From: Neocallimastix sp. 'constans'
Taxonomy: Eukaryota
Direction of reading: 5' to 3'
Length of the DNA stretch: 64,000 nucleotides
NCBI GenBank assembly: GCA_050613775.1
Contig: JBODTK010000010.1
Location: forward strand, 806,001 to 870,000
The notes under the pieces were generated by a model, which saw nothing but the letters and a program-made list of their open reading frames with translations, was not told the DNA's origin and ran no database searches. The translations under genes were made by a program, and so were the position numbers. The number at the start of each line of letters is the position of its first letter. Within the stretch, counting starts at the first letter, position 1. This document shows positions 1-17,648 of the stretch, piece by piece.

Positions 1-42
1 AATTAAATTATAAATTAATTTTGTTAATAATTATTAATAAAG

Positions 43-3000
43 AAACAAGTTTCTGGTGGAATGTGGAAATTATGGAGCGATTGCTTAGAAAGTTTTGAAA
101 TACAACCTAATACCAAATTTAATGATATTATTGTTCCAACTATTGATACACAAAGATATACATATTTATTAGATACTTTAATTTTACATGGAAAACAAAT
201 TTTGTTTGTTGGACAAACAGGTACTGGTAAAACATCATACATTAATAGAAAGTTATTACATGGTTTACCAGAAAATTATCAACCAGTAATGATTAATTTC
301 TCTTCACAGACAACTCCAAATCAAACACAAATGATCATTTTAGGAAAATTAGATAGAAGAAAGAGAGGCATTTATGGTCCTCCAGTAGGTCAAAAATCTG
401 TTATATTTATTGATGATCTTAATATGCCTGCAAGAGATAGATACGGTGCACAAGGTCCTATTGAATTATTAAGAATGTGGAATGATCATAAATATTGGTA
501 TGATTTAAAGGATATGTCTGTTATGAATATTGTTGATGTTCAATTTATTTCTGCTATGGGTCCTACTGGTGGTGGTCGTAATCCAATTACTCCAAGATAT
601 CTTCGTCACTTTAATGTTATTGGAATATCAACCTTTGAAGAAAAAACCTTAAAAACAATTTTCCAAACTATTGTAGATTGGCATTTTACATCAAATAATT
701 TTAAAACTGGTGTTCTTGCAATTAAAAATAATATTGTAAATGCGACATTAGAAATTTATCAGAAAGCAATTGAAAATTTGTTGCCAACACCAACAAAATC
801 ACATTACACTTTCAATCTTCGTGATTTTTCAAGAGTTATTCAAGGCATTTTACTTTCAAATTCAGATAGGTATCAAGAACCAGAAAAAATTATTAGATTA
901 TGGACTCATGAAGCATATAGAGTATTTTATGATAGATTAATTGATGATGAAGGAAGAGATTGGTTCCATGGAGTAATAAGAGATTTAGTTTCGAGATGTT
1001 TTGGTCAAAAATTTGATAATGTTTTTGGTCATTTAACTGGTAAAAATAATAGAGCAGTGGAAAATGATGATATGAGAAGTTTAATGTTTGGTGATTATGT
1101 AATTAAAAATTCAACAGAAAAAATTTACGATGAAGTTACAAATATTGAAGATGTTACTGAAATTTTGAAAGAAAAATTAGATGAATATAATTCATTCAGT
1201 AATGCTCCTATGAATTTAGTATTATTCAGATTTGCAATAGAACATATTTCAAGAATTGCACGTATTCTGTTACAGCCTTCAGGACATGCATTATTAGTTG
1301 GTTTAGGCGGTGATGGTAGACAAAGTTTATCAAAATTAGCTGCTTTTATGGCTGATTATTTCTTATTCCAAGCTATGATTACAAAAACGTATGGACATGA
1401 TGAATGGAGGGAAGATTTGAAAAAATTATTAATTAAAGCTGGAGGTGAAGGTAAAAAGTGTTTATTTTTGTTCAGTGATTCTCAAGTTAAGGAGGAATCA
1501 TTTTTAGAAGATATTAATAATTTATTAAATACTAGTGAAGTTCCTAATATTTTCCCAGCTGATGAAAAGGCTGCGGTATGTGAGCAAGTTAGAAATGAAA
1601 TGACAAAAATTAATCCTAAATTTAGTGCAAATCAAAATACATTATATAACATTTTTATAAGTAGATGTAAAGAAAACCTTCATATTAATTTATGTATGAG
1701 TCCTATTGGTGATGCTTTTCGTAATAGACTTAGAATGTTCCCTTCTCTCGTTAATTGTTGTACTATTGATTGGTTCCAAACTTGGCCTGAAGATGCATTA
1801 GATATGGTTGCAAACAAATTTTTAGAGGATATTGATTTTGGTAATGATAGAGAAAGTATTGTACATTTATGCAAAGAAATTCATATAGGCTCACAAGAGT
1901 TATCTACAAAGTTATTCAATATATTAAGAAGACATACATATGTTACACCAACTTCATATTTAGAATTAATTAAAACATATAAACGACTTTTAACAATGAA
2001 AAGAACAGAAATATCTAATATTAAAAATAGATACGATGTTGGTTTAGGACAATTAGCACAAGCTGCCGAACAAATTAGCATTATGCAAACTAATCTTAAT
2101 GATCTGAAACCTCAATTAATTAAAACATCCAAAGAAACTGATGAGATGTTAGTTGTTGTTCAAAGAGAATCAGCTGAAGTAGAAAAAAAGAAATCTGTAG
2201 TCCAAAAAGATGAAGAAATTGCTAATAAAAAAGCATCTGAAGCTAAAGCAATCAAGGATGAATGTGAAGGTGAGTTAGCTGTTGCATTACCAGCTCTTGA
2301 GGCTGCTTTAGAAGCACTTGATACATTGAAACCTGCTGATATTACTTTAGTAAAATCTATGAAAAATCCTCCAAGTGCAGTTAAATTAGTTATGGAAGCT
2401 ATTTGTATCATGAAGGATATAAAACCTGCTAGAATTAAGGATCCAACTGGTAGTGGTAAAATGATTGAAGATTATTGGGGACCTGCATTAAAGATGCTTG
2501 GTGATCCTCACTTCCTTTCTTCACTTAAATCATATGATAAAGATAATATTCCTCCAAGAATTATTCAAAAAATTAGAACAACACATATACCAAATCCTGA
2601 TTTTGATCCTAATGTTGTAAAGAATTCCTCATCAGCCGCAGAAGGTTTATGTAAGTGGGTTATTGCTATTGAAAAATATGAAACTGTAAGAAAAGTTGTT
2701 GCACCAAAGCAAGAAGCATTGGCTAAAGCAGAAGCGGAATTAGCTATTGAAATGGAAAAACTTAATTCTAAGAGAGCAGAATTAAAAGAAGTTGAAGACA
2801 AAATGGCATTATTACAAAGTCAATATGATGAAAATATACAAAAAAAGACAGATTTACAAAATTTAATTGAAAAGAATACAAATATGCTTATTCGTGCTGA
2901 GAAACTTATTGGTGGTTTAGGTGGTGAAACTACAAGATGGACAGAAGCTTCAGAAAAGTATGGTATATTATATGGTACAATTACAGGAGATGCATTATTA

Positions 3001-6000
3001 GCATCTGCTATGGTATCTTATTTAGGTGCATTTACATCTGCTTTTAGGCAAGAAGCTGTTAGTGACTGGAATAAAAAAATCAATGATAAAAATATTAAAT
3101 GTACTGAGAATTTCACACTTGAAAATACATTAGGTGATCCTATTCAAATCCGTTCATGGATTCTTTCAGGATTACCAAATGATACATTTTCTAAAGATAA
3201 CGGTATTATTTCATTTAATACAATAAGATGGCCGTTATTTATTGATCCGCAAGGACAAGCAAGTAAATGGATTAAAAATTTGGAAAAGAAAAATAATTTA
3301 TCAGTTATTAAATTATCCGATACTGATTTTATTAGAAATTTGGAAAATGCTATTCAGTTTGGTACTCCAGTATTAATTGAAAATGTTGGTGAAGAATTGG
3401 ATTCGGTATTAGAACCACTTTTAGTTAAACAATTATTTAAATCTAGTGGTGTATTATGTATAAAAATTGGAGATGATATTGTAGAATATTCTAACGACTT
3501 TAAATTGTATATAACAACAAAATTAAGAAATCCACATTATAAGCCAGAAATATTTACTAAAGTTACTGTATTGAACTTTATGATTACTCCAGATGGTTTG
3601 GAAGATCAACTATTAGGTATTGTTGCTGCAAAAGAAAGACCTGATCTTGAAGAAGAAAGAAATAAATTAATTGTAACATCAGCTGAAAATTCGAAACAAT
3701 TAAAAGAGTTAGAAGATAAAATTTTAGAACTTATATCATCTTTTGAAGGTAATATTTTAGAAGATGAATCAGCTGTTAATGTTTTATCATCTTCAAAAGC
3801 TTTATCTGATGAGATTGCAGAAAAACAAAAAATTGCACAACAAACTGAGAGAGAAATTGAAATTACTCGTACTGGATATCGTCCAATAGCAGTTCATTCA
3901 TCAATTCTATTTTTCGTTATTGCTGAATTAGCTAATGTAATTTAAATTAATACAAAATTAATTATTAGTTGATTTTATTAATAATATATATATACATTAT
4001 TTTTATATATTTTTTTATTAGATTGAACCTATGTATCAGTATTCTTTAGTATGGTTTATTAATCTCTTTTTACAATCAATTGAAGAAAGTGAAAAATCAA
4101 CAGATATCGAAGTTAGAATTAATAATTTAAAGAATTACTTCACATATTCATTATATTGTAATGTATGTAGATCATTATTCAAAAAAGATAAATTACTTCT
4201 TTCCTTTTTACTCTGTACAGGTTTAATGAAAAGTAAATCTGAAATAGATCCAGATGAATGGTCATTCCTTTTAACTGGTGGCTTAACATTAGATAATGAA
4301 ACATTACCTAATCCTGCTTCAGAATGGCTTACTAATAAAGCATGGAATGATATTACAAAACTATCAAAACTTCAAATTTTTGAAAAATTTGCAGATGATT
4401 TTTCGGTAATAATAATATATATTAATATTTTATATTATAAATTTATATTAAATTAAATTTTATGTTTATATAGAAACATGTTGATGAATGGAAAGTAATT
4501 TATGATAGTTCTGAACCATATAAAGAAATACTTCCCGGTGATTGGGAAAAGCATTTAACTATATTTCAAAAATTACTCATATATAAATGCTTAAGACCTG
4601 ACAAACTTGTTCCTGCTATTTTGGAATTTGTTAAAGTGAAAATGGGACAAAAATTTGTTGAACCACCACAGTTTGATCTTGCGGCTAGTTTCCAAGATTC
4701 AAATTGTTGTTCTCCACTTATCTTCATCTTATCACCTGGTGTAGATCCAATGTCAAGGTACTATTAATAATAATAAAAAAATTATATATATAATATATCA
4801 AAATAAGAATGTAAAAACTAAATTTTTAAAATGAACTTTTATTAAAAAAAATAGTCTTCTTCGTTTTGCCGAAAGTAAAGGTATTACTGGTCAAAAATTA
4901 ACGAGCATATCATTAGGTCAAGGTCAAGGACCAATTGCTAGTCAAATGATAAAAACAGGAACAAAGAATGGATCATGGATTGTACTCCAAAACTGTCATT
5001 TAGCAGTTAGTTGGCTTCCAACTCTAGAAAAAATATGTGAAGAATTAACCGTAGATAATACTAACAAAAACTTTAGATTATATTTAACCTCATATCCATG
5101 TGAAAAATTCCCTGTTACGATTCTTCAAAATGGTATTAAAATGACAAACGAACCACCAAATGGATTAAAAGCAAACCTTTTACGTTCATACACCAGTGAT
5201 CCAATATCTGATAGTTCATTCTTTAAAGGTGTTAAAAAGGAAGCTGAGGAAGTATGGGAAAAATTCTTGTTCGGATTAGTATTTTTCCATGCTATTGTTC
5301 AAGAACGTAGAAACTTTGGACCTCTTGGATGGAATATTCCATATGAATTTAATGAATCTGATTTGAAGATTAGTGTAAGACAATTACATAAATTCTTAAA
5401 TGTGTATGATGAAATTCCTCTTAAAGCTCTTCGTTATTTAACTGGTGAATGTAATTATGGTGGGCGTGTTACTGATGACCATGATAGACGATGTTTAATG
5501 AGTATTCTTTCAGTATATTACAATATGGATATTTTGAAAGATGGATTTAAATTATCAGATAGTGGAATTTATACAATTCCAACTAAAGGTACTTACGAAA
5601 GTTATTTAGAGCATATCAAACAATTTCCAATTATACAACATCCTGAAGTATTTGGCTTACATGAAAATGCAAATATTACAAAAGATATTAGTGAAACTAA
5701 CCTTCTTATTGATTCTGTTTTAATGACACAAGCCAGATCATCATCTTCTAGTTCGGGTACTTCATCAGATGATATATGCTATACTTGTGCAACTGAAATT
5801 CTTGAAAAATTACCTGAAAATTATGATATAAAATCAGCTATGAAAAAGTTCCCAGTTGTTTATTCAGAAAGTATGAATACTATTTTAATTCAAGAACTTG
5901 TAAGATTTAATAAACTTCTTGATGTTATTAGATCAAGTTTACAAAATATATTAAAAGCAATTAAAGGTTTAGTAGTTATGTCATCAGAATTAGAATTAGT

Positions 6001-7019
6001 ATATAATAGTTTACTAACAGGAAAAATTCCTGAAATGTGGAGTGCAAGTAGTTATCCATCACTCAAACCATTGGTAATATAATAATAGAACTATATAAAA
6101 ATTATATTAAATATTATATTCTATTAATAATTAATTTTAATAAAATATTTTTATTTAAAAAAAAAAAAAAAAAACAGGGTTCATATATTATTGATTTTAC
6201 TGAAAGATTGAAATTTTTCCAAAATTGGGTTGATACATCAACACCTGTTATTTTCTGGATTTCTGGATTCTTCTTTACTCAATCATTTATTACAGGTAAA
6301 ATGAAGTTTATTATAAATCTCAAATAATATTTAATAAATAAATTAAATGGAAAACATTAACAAACAATAAAATTTATATAATATGACAATTTAGTATAAT
6401 ATTTATTTGATTATATATTTATTTTTTTATTTAATCAATTTAAATTATTATAATATTATATAAAATATTTAATTTAAATAATTTAATAGGTACACTTCAA
6501 AATTATGCCAGAAAGCATAAGATTCCAATTGATCTGTTAGATTTAACATTTAAAGTTATGAAAGATAAACCTACTGATCATCCAGAAGATGGTGTATATA
6601 TTGAAGGTATGTTTATTGAAGGTGCAAGATGGGACAAAGCTGCTCATATATTAGCAGAACAATATTTAAAACAATTAACTGATGTTATGCCTATTGTATC
6701 CTTTTTTTCATATAAAATAAAATTTATTATTTATCTTCTATAATTTTTTTCATTTATATATTTGAAATAATTATATAATTATTTATTCTTAATAATAACA
6801 AATACACTGTAGATTCATATGATACCATCTAGATTAGAAGATATTGATAATAAAAATCTATATGATTGCCCAGTATATAAAACAAGTGCAAGAAGAGGTA
6901 CATTATCTACCACAGGCCATTCAACTAATTATGTTATGACCATAGGCTTACCTTCTAACAAGCCACAAGATCATTGGGTTATTAGGGGTGTAGCATTAAT
7001 TCTCCAACTTTCAGATTAA
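43..7019 (+). CDS. Axonemal (inner-arm type, DNAH3/7/12-like) dynein heavy chain, 5'-partial (AAA3 to C-terminus)
   Basis: P-loops GQTGTGKT and GLGGDGRQS, stalk/MTBD ([18 protein letters not shown]), [35 protein letters not shown]-terminal [23 protein letters not shown]. Inferred GT-AG exons: 43-3936, 4022-4405, 4474-4757, 4855-6073, 6178-6295, 6490-6695, 6813-7019. Confidence 0.95.
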
Positions 7020-7108
7020 ATAATTATAAATATTATCATCAGAATTATATATAGAATATAATATATTATTTCACATTTTTATTTTTTATAATATTTACAA
7101 CATGTTAC

Positions 7109-7139
<31 letters not shown>

Positions 7140-7782
7140 GTAATTTAATAATTAACATAAATTAATTTTCAATTGATAAAATATTTCAGTTTTTTTAAAT
7201 CGTTATAATTCTTATACACTAGTTATATAATGTTATTAATATTCAATTCAATAATAAATAAAGTTTAAACAAAATTAAATAATCGAAAATATATAAAATA
7301 AATATATATAAAATATTTATTTTAATAATGGAAAATTATTAAATTTATTGAAAAATAATAGAAAAAAAGTTAAAATATATAAGAACTTTAAATTCATTAG
7401 ACTTTTTTAAAATTAATTGGAATTAAAAATTTAAAAAGATAAAAAATCAAAATTTCATTTAAAGATAAAATTAATTTTAATTAAATGAAATAAAAAAAGA
7501 GTATTTTTTTTTTCCAATCTTAATATTAATAAATATTTTTTATATATTTATTAAAATTAATAAAACCAAAAATTACTGAACATTTTGAAAACTTTAATCT
7601 GAATGATAATTAATATATAAATTTGTATATACATATATATATATATATATTTTTTTTTTTTTTGAATCTTTATTTTAATTTTCATTGAAAAAAGTTTTCC
7701 CATATAATAACTTGTTATTACTATTATTAAAAATAATAATTCTAATATAATTATTATAATACTAATAACTAATATTATATTA

Positions 7783-7814
<32 letters not shown>

Positions 7815-7863
7815 TAACTATCAAATAAAAAATAAATTAAAATAAAAAAAAAGAAAAAGAAAA

Positions 7864-9382
7864 ATGGCAATAAGAGATAGATTATTAGAGCTTGAATATA
7901 TTGATGTAAATTTTTATTAATTAAAAAGGATGCATATAATATATATACAAACTAAATACTTTAAAATTCTATAATCAATGTCATAGGAGGGAAGCTCTCA
8001 AACACTGTATGAAGTTGAAATGGATGACAAAGAAAAGAATTGTGATACAATTTTTTTTGATAAAGTAATATTAAGTATAATTAAAAATATCATTACATAA
8101 TAATCAATAATAATAATTAAAAGTATTATACATATAGATAAATCAATTAAAAGCCAATCTTTATGAATGTTATAAGAATATAAATATAATAAAAAATTTA
8201 CAAAAAAAAGTTCTTATAAATATGTATAAAGAAAATGAAATTGGTATATATTAAATAAAAATTATACAAGTTCAAATTTAAGATTTATTTATATTTACTA
8301 TATTTTTATATCCCTATATATAATTTATATATATAACAACAGCAAAAACTAATAGCATGATTGATAATATGATAAATACAACAAACTCAAAAGTTCAATT
8401 TATTATAAATGAAATTAAAGGTTTATAATATATAATCAGATTTAAATATATATATATATATTATAACTAATATATGGATATTAAAAAAATTAGGATTGGA
8501 TTATGAACCATCTAGAATGAAATTATCGGAATCTGAATTTTTAATGAGAAAATCACAACAAAAAATTATGATGCATAAAGTAAAAGAATTTATTAAAGAA
8601 TTTACATTAATTCAGCAGGATTATGAACAAAAAATACAAGAAAGAATTATTAGACAATATAATATTGTTAATCCTGATGAAAATGTACAAAGTAATAATA
8701 ATATTGATAGACATACTCAAGTATTTGCAAATGAGGTACTTTTCTATAAAATTTCTAAAATAAATATTTTAATTTTTAAAGATATTAGATGTATAATTAC
8801 AAAACATGAATATAAATATATATATATATTAGTTGTTATCATCTAGCTTAAATAATAAAAAAAGAAAACATAATGAAGCTAAAACAATATATCAAAATAT
8901 GAAAGCAATAGAAAGATCTCTTTCAGTAAATTTTAAATATGATATAATTATAAAATTAATATTAATTAGAGAAATTTAAGAATTTACAATAATAAATATG
9001 AAAAAAAATTTAAATTTATAGGATTTATTTATGTTGTCTAAAGAGATTCAAATTTATCTTGAAAGTCAGAATGAAAAAATTAGTGATGTCCAAATTAAAG
9101 TAAATGAAGCTGAGACCAATGTTGAATCAGGAAATGAACAACTTACAACGGCAATAGAAAAAGGAAAATCAATAAGAAAAGTATTTAAATATTTTAATGT
9201 TATATTTATAAAATATATATATATTTAAATATTTAACTTTATAGATTAAAATATACTAAATAATCTTTTTTATAAATATTCATATTAATTATATTAATAT
9301 TAAGATATATAAATATTTCTTATATGTTGTAGCTTTCATATCTGTATTAGTGATAATATATCTTGCAATAATATTAATGTAA
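7864..9382 (+). CDS. Syntaxin-like Qa-SNARE, multi-exon
   Basis: N-terminal MAIRDRLLEL, Habc-like exon (FIKEFTLIQQDYEQKIQERIIRQYNIVNPD), SNARE motif exon (LESQNEKISDVQIKVNEAETNVESGNEQLTTA), final hydrophobic TM segment ending TAA 9380-9382. Internal exon borders approximate. Confidence 0.8.
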
Positions 9383-9405
9383 TTAATAGTTATTTCGACA
9401 TTTGA

Positions 9406-9589
<184 letters not shown>

Positions 9590-10130
9590 ATAATTAGAAC
9601 ATAGAAAGGCAGTATTAGTGATAATTAATATTATATATATATATATAAAAGCTATATATTTATTTAAATCTATTATAAGTAATAATAATATATTCTTAAT
9701 TTATTATTTTATATAAAAATTATATAAAAATTATTCTTAAAAGTTATTATTTACATAAATTTTAAATTAATGTATATATAAATAATGAATAAATGAAATA
9801 AAAGAAAGTTTTTATTTAAAAAACAATAAATTTATATAATAACATTTATACTTTTATACTTTTTAATCATGTATATAGAAGTTTTAATTTTATTTTATTT
9901 ATTTTTATTATATATGTAATATATATAGTATATATAATATATGTATATATATATATATTTTTCGTTCGTTTGTTTTGAATTATTTTTATTAAAAAATAAT
10001 AAATTAGAATAATAATTCAGATTATTAAATTTTAATTTTTATATATGCTTTAATTTCTAAGCTAATAATATAATTATTTATATGTAATAAATCATTTCCA
10101 ATTATATAATGTTTTAATTTTTTTTTTTCC

Positions 10131-12032
<1,902 letters not shown>

Positions 12033-12057
12033 TTTAATTAAATACTTAATTTTAAAA

Positions 12058-12096
<39 letters not shown>

Positions 12097-12439
12097 GTAA
12101 ATAATTAATTAATTAATTAATAATTAAAAAAAGAAAAAGAAAAAAAGAAAAATAAATTTAATTATTAATTTGAATATATTCAATTTTTAATTTTTTATCA
12201 ATTTTTATTATAGAAATTGATACTTTCAAAATAGTTCATTAACTAAAAATTAAATGAATTAAAAAACTATATTACTTATAATATTATCCTAATTTTATAA
12301 TAAATAATCATGTTTCCCAAATTATATTTTATAATTTTTACTTATAAATTATAATAAATAATTATTTATTTTTTAGAAAAAGTAAAACAAAAAATTATAA
12401 ATATGAAAAAAGTATAACTTAAACTATTTTTAAAAAATC

Positions 12440-12533
<94 letters not shown>

Positions 12534-12852
12534 GAAATAATAATAATTATTCCAATGATATTTAATAATATTAAAATAAAAATGATAAAATAAAGTTAAT
12601 AATATTAATAATAAAATTATAACATTTACAATAAAAAAAAGTTATTAGATATAACTAATTAAGTTTATATAAAAATAATACAATTCATATATTTAGAATT
12701 TTTTAATTTTATTTCAAATTTATTTTTGTTAATTAATAATAGATATTGAAAAATTTCAATATTAAAATTTTTAATTATTTATGTCTTTTTTTTATATATG
12801 CTTTTATGGGTATACTAATATTAGAATTTATTAAGATATTTTAATTATTTAA

Positions 12853-13599
12853 TTATTTAGTTTGATCATTTTTATTTTTTTCTGTCTTTATTTCGTCTTT
12901 TTCTTTTTCTTCTTTTATTAATTTTCTTTTTTTACTTTCTTTTTGCTTTTGACGCTTTTTACGACGTTTTTCTGTTTTTTTATCTTCTATTTCCTTTAAT
13001 TTATTCATTTTATCATCAAATTCTTTTTGATCTTGTTCCTATAATAATAATAATAATAATAATAAAAAGTTATTATATTCAACTTTATATATTTCATTGA
13101 CTTATATTTAATTTTATTTTATTTAAAAAAAAAATAAAGATACCTTTTTAATTTCTTCATTCATTAATTTTAATCTCATAAGTTCCTTTCTTCTTAATGC
13201 TCTATATACATGAAATTCTCCACTACCAGCACCAGCACTTGAACCTGTAAATTAGATATTATTTATTATATTAATAAAAATATATTAATTTATTATAAAT
13301 ATTAAATACTATTTTAAATATATAAAAATTAATTATAAAAAATAATTATTTATTATTTGAAAATTATCCATTTCAATTGTTAACAATAAAAAAATACCTT
13401 GAATATTTCTAATAAAATCTTTCGGTGGTTTTAATACAACGCCTTTATTTTCTGGAAGTACAATAGGTTTATCTATTCTTTTCATTAAATTTTCTATTTG
13501 AACCTTTTGAATTTCCTTTGCTGTTCTTGCTATTTTATTAACCTCATGTTCACTATCATTATCTTCATCTAATTTCGATGATTTAACTTTTTTATCCAT
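12853..13599 (-). CDS. PRKRIP1: PRKR-interacting protein 1 homolog (DUF1168 family, spliceosome-associated), 3 exons
   Basis: Spliced signature [24 protein letters not shown] followed by a basic coiled-coil tail ([13 protein letters not shown]). Exons approx. 13599-13398, 13246-13145, 13038-12853. Confidence 0.88.
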
Positions 13600-14787
13600 T
13601 TTTTATATAAATTCAAACAATTTAGTTTGCTCTTATAAAAATATATTATTCCCAGTTAATTATTTATATGCTTATTAAAAATAATAATAATAAAGTTGAT
13701 ACATTAATTAATATCCAATCATTCAAACATAATTATTTTATTGTACAAATATAATAAAATAATACATATTTTTGGATTAACTTAAATGAAATATAATTGC
13801 TATTTTTATTATTTTTTTTAATGGTTAAAGATATTAGAAACTATTTATATATTTTAAAAAAAAGGAAAGCATATATAATAAAATATATTAATATAATATA
13901 AAATTTTATACATAATATTTAAAAAAATATAAAAAAGCCAACAATAGAACGGAAAGAATTATTGGAAAAATAGAAAATAAAGATAAAAATTTAAATATCG
14001 ATTCGATTTTACTTATATAATAATAATATTATTTTTTTTATTTTATATTTAATATTATTATTAATCTTTATTACTATTTTTTTTTTTTCACACAGAAAAC
14101 ATATTTAAAATATTTTAAAATTTAAATTTATAATAAATATAATTAACATATATATATATATATAATATTTACAAGATTTTTACTTATGATTTTTGAATTA
14201 TTCAATATAAACTTTTAATAGAATATTGATTGATAAAAAAATAATTTATTAAAAACAATCGAGAAAATATATAAATATTAACTATTTGCTTTTCAATTTT
14301 CCTGTACTTCTTTTTTCCATATATATATAAATAATAAAATAAATTTTTTTAAAAAAAAAAAAGAAAAAAAAAATTATTAGAAAAATTATATATTTGTAAA
14401 AATTATTTTTAAACTTTAAAAAGTTTAAACCTATATTAATAATGGAAACATAATATTAAACATAATAAATTTTAATTTATATTATTATTTTATAAAAAAA
14501 AAAGTTATAAAGGCAAACATTTTATCAAATAAAAAATTTACTTTCAATTAGTAATATGCTTTTTATTAATAATTATTAAAAATATATATGTATGAAACCT
14601 ATTATTAAAAAAAAAAAAAAAGGAAAAAGAAAAAGAAATATATAAAAAAGAAAAAAAAAATAATAATAAATAAATAAATAAAATAATAATAATAATAATA
14701 AAAATAATAATAAAAATATAAAAAAAAAAAAAAGAAGTAAAAAAATATAAGAATTAATAGAACAAAAATAAATATATATATATACAA

Positions 14788-16356
14788 ATGAGAAGAGTAA
14801 TATTGTTTTTATCAATATTTACTATTTTTAAAAAGATAAATGCAGGAAAATTTCAAGGAAATTTAGTATTTTTTGGAAGAGGTCAAAGAACTTCACCGAA
14901 GTATTGGGGTGATATAAATCAAATAAAAGTTTCCAAGCAATCAAAAGTTTTTTACCCATATCATAAATATGATGATGATCCAACTTATACAGGATCTAGC
15001 GATGAAGCGAAAAACTATCCATTATCAATTTTTTTACCAGAAATAGATAGTAATAATCAATATTCAGAGGTAAGATTTGAAGCAGAAAGAACAGATTTTT
15101 TAAATCTTGCTGATTTTAGTTATTTAAATACAGAAATGAAAATTCGATATCCAGAAATAAAATATTTAATAAATGAAGGATATACCTGCCAAAAACTGGG
15201 TTTATCATGTACAGAAATTAATGAATATGATTTCAAAACAAATACAGATTGGTTGAAGAATATAGACTTAAAAATTTTTTTTGAGGACTATACAGTAACT
15301 CATAGTAATAAATATAGTGATGCAGAAAAAAAGGAAAAAAGTTATGAATTAAAAAATATGGAAAAGCCAACATTAGAATGGAAAGAACTTGTTGGAAAAA
15401 TAGAAAATATTGATAAAAATTTAAATTATACAAGTTTAATATTTAGAAACTATGGGAAAATGCCAGTATATCTCTCTATTGGAAATACAATATTTATAAA
15501 ATCAGAAGATGAGGATATACATGTTATTAAGAATGGGAAATTCAGTGAATATTTTGACAATAAAAATTGGTATGAAAATAGAGAAGACCACTATTCAACA
15601 GTTTATAGTGATAAAATTTGTCCTCTTGATTCTGAAAAAAAAACCTCTCTTTATTGTGCAGCCATAGAGAATTTTACTTATGGTGTTAAAGCAGTAATAT
15701 CTGAAAATGTACCAACTTTTGGACCACCTGAGGCAATTTCATTCAAATATAGAACAATACAGGATGATATTTTATTGAATGCACAGTTTAATGAAAAACT
15801 TACATTGTCTATAAATGAATATTTAAATGCTCGAGGTTGTCTATATAAAAAACAAGAAGAAGTCACCATTTTATTGGATTTAAAACATTACATTTTAATG
15901 GATTCAAAAAATTTAATGAGTAATGATGTATTTACTGTATGGTTACAAACGGTTACTGATATAGAAGCAATAAAGCATCAAATACTATTGCAAACCAAAA
16001 ATGAAACTTTAAGTAAGGCGTATGTTGAAGAATTATATTTTTATGATTTAACATTTCATAATAAATATCCAACTAATCTTGAACCCTATACATTATCTAA
16101 TTTATATACTAAAGAGAATTGTGATGTGTCATTACATGGATATAGTTATATTTTAAGTACGAAAAAGAGATGGCCCGATGATATTAAATTTGATAAAATG
16201 TATAATTCACAGAACATTGTTATAGGATATAACGATGAGATTGATGATAACAATAATAATGATTCTTCAAATAGTAAAAAAATTATATATAATTATAATT
16301 TCAAATTTAATATAAGTATTTTTATAATTACAATTATATATTTCTTTTTATTTTAA
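14788..16356 (+). CDS. Intronless secreted/surface protein of unknown function, 522 aa
   Basis: Signal-peptide-like N-terminus (MRRVILFLSIFTIFKKINA), globular body, N/S linker and hydrophobic C-terminal tail (ISIFIITIIYFFLF) compatible with a GPI/TM anchor. Confidence 0.75.
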   Translation: MRRVILFLSIFTIFKKINAGKFQGNLVFFGRGQRTSPKYWGDINQIKVSKQSKVFYPYHKYDDDPTYTGSSDEAKNYPLSIFLPEIDSNNQYSEVRFEAERTDFLNLADFSYLNTEMKIRYPEIKYLINEGYTCQKLGLSCTEINEYDFKTNTDWLKNIDLKIFFEDYTVTHSNKYSDAEKKEKSYELKNMEKPTLEWKELVGKIENIDKNLNYTSLIFRNYGKMPVYLSIGNTIFIKSEDEDIHVIKNGKFSEYFDNKNWYENREDHYSTVYSDKICPLDSEKKTSLYCAAIENFTYGVKAVISENVPTFGPPEAISFKYRTIQDDILLNAQFNEKLTLSINEYLNARGCLYKKQEEVTILLDLKHYILMDSKNLMSNDVFTVWLQTVTDIEAIKHQILLQTKNETLSKAYVEELYFYDLTFHNKYPTNLEPYTLSNLYTKENCDVSLHGYSYILSTKKRWPDDIKFDKMYNSQNIVIGYNDEIDDNNNNDSSNSKKIIYNYNFKFNISIFIITIIYFFLF

Positions 16357-16587
16357 ATGTTAATTGGTAAAAAGATTTCCATATTAAAACATTAAATAAT
16401 TATATTAATAATATTAATGATTTTTTTTTTAAAAAAAAAAAAAATAATTGATATTATTTCAAATAAAAGTTATAAACTTGTAATAACTTTTATTTATTAT
16501 TAAAATAATTATTTTAAAAATTAATTATTTTTTTATTTTTAAATATTTTATTTTTATGATTCTTTTTTTAATTTTTATTTAATTATG

Positions 16588-16629
<42 letters not shown>

Positions 16630-17648
16630 CATCATTTTCATTTTATTTATTATGTTTTTGTTTATATATTGATAATATCTTTATATTTAATTAATATAAT
16701 ATTTTATTTATCTTTATTTTAAAATAATAATATAATAATAATAATAATATATAAAAATATATAAATAATATTTATTTTATAAATATGAATATAATGAAGA
16801 AAATAAAACTTCTTGAATTATATTAAATTTCTATAATATTTAAATTTAAATTGATATTTAGATTCAAAGTAAAACACCTCATATTATTTAAAATATATAT
16901 ATATATATTTCTTTGTTTTTTTAAATATTAACGATTATTAATTTTCAAATAAATATTAGTTGTTACTTATTAACATGATTTATTATTATTTAATTTATTA
17001 TATTGAATTTCTATTAACTAAGTTATAATATTATTTCTTTAACATAATATATTTATAAAATAAAAAAAAAAAAAAAAAAAAAAAAAAAAGTGTTTTTACC
17101 CATTTAGTAAACTAGGTTTAAAATTTAAAATTTGAAATTACGTTGATATTTAATAATATTCAAAATATTCAAATACTTTTATTAAAACTTTAATTATTAT
17201 TAAAAAATATATGTATATATATTTTAAAAATACATGAAAAAGGAAAAATAAAAGGAAAAAGGAAAAATAAATAAAAATTGAAGGAAAAATTATATGTAAG
17301 TTTAAAAAATATTAAATTCGGAAGACAATTTGATTTGTTATATAGCTTATTTCATTTTTTTTTTATTAATACCAGATATACTAGTTATAACCATTTTTCC
17401 ATTATTTGATTATATATTAAAATTCAATTTTTTTTATATTTTGATGTTAAAGTGATACTGAATAAATAATAAATTAATAGTTATATAAAAAAAAATATAT
17501 TTATATATATATATATATTTTTAAAGACTTCAATTAAATCAAATTCTTGAAAGTTATCATTAATATAAGTACTCCTAATTCCTCTATACATATACACATA
17601 CATTCCTTATGCTTACTATTTTTTTTTAATATTTTCTTTATTTTTTAA

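Noticed and set aside
1680..2801. Short antisense ORFs within dynein and pol genes
   Set aside because: Shadow ORFs opposite well-supported coding frames, with no recognisable motifs.
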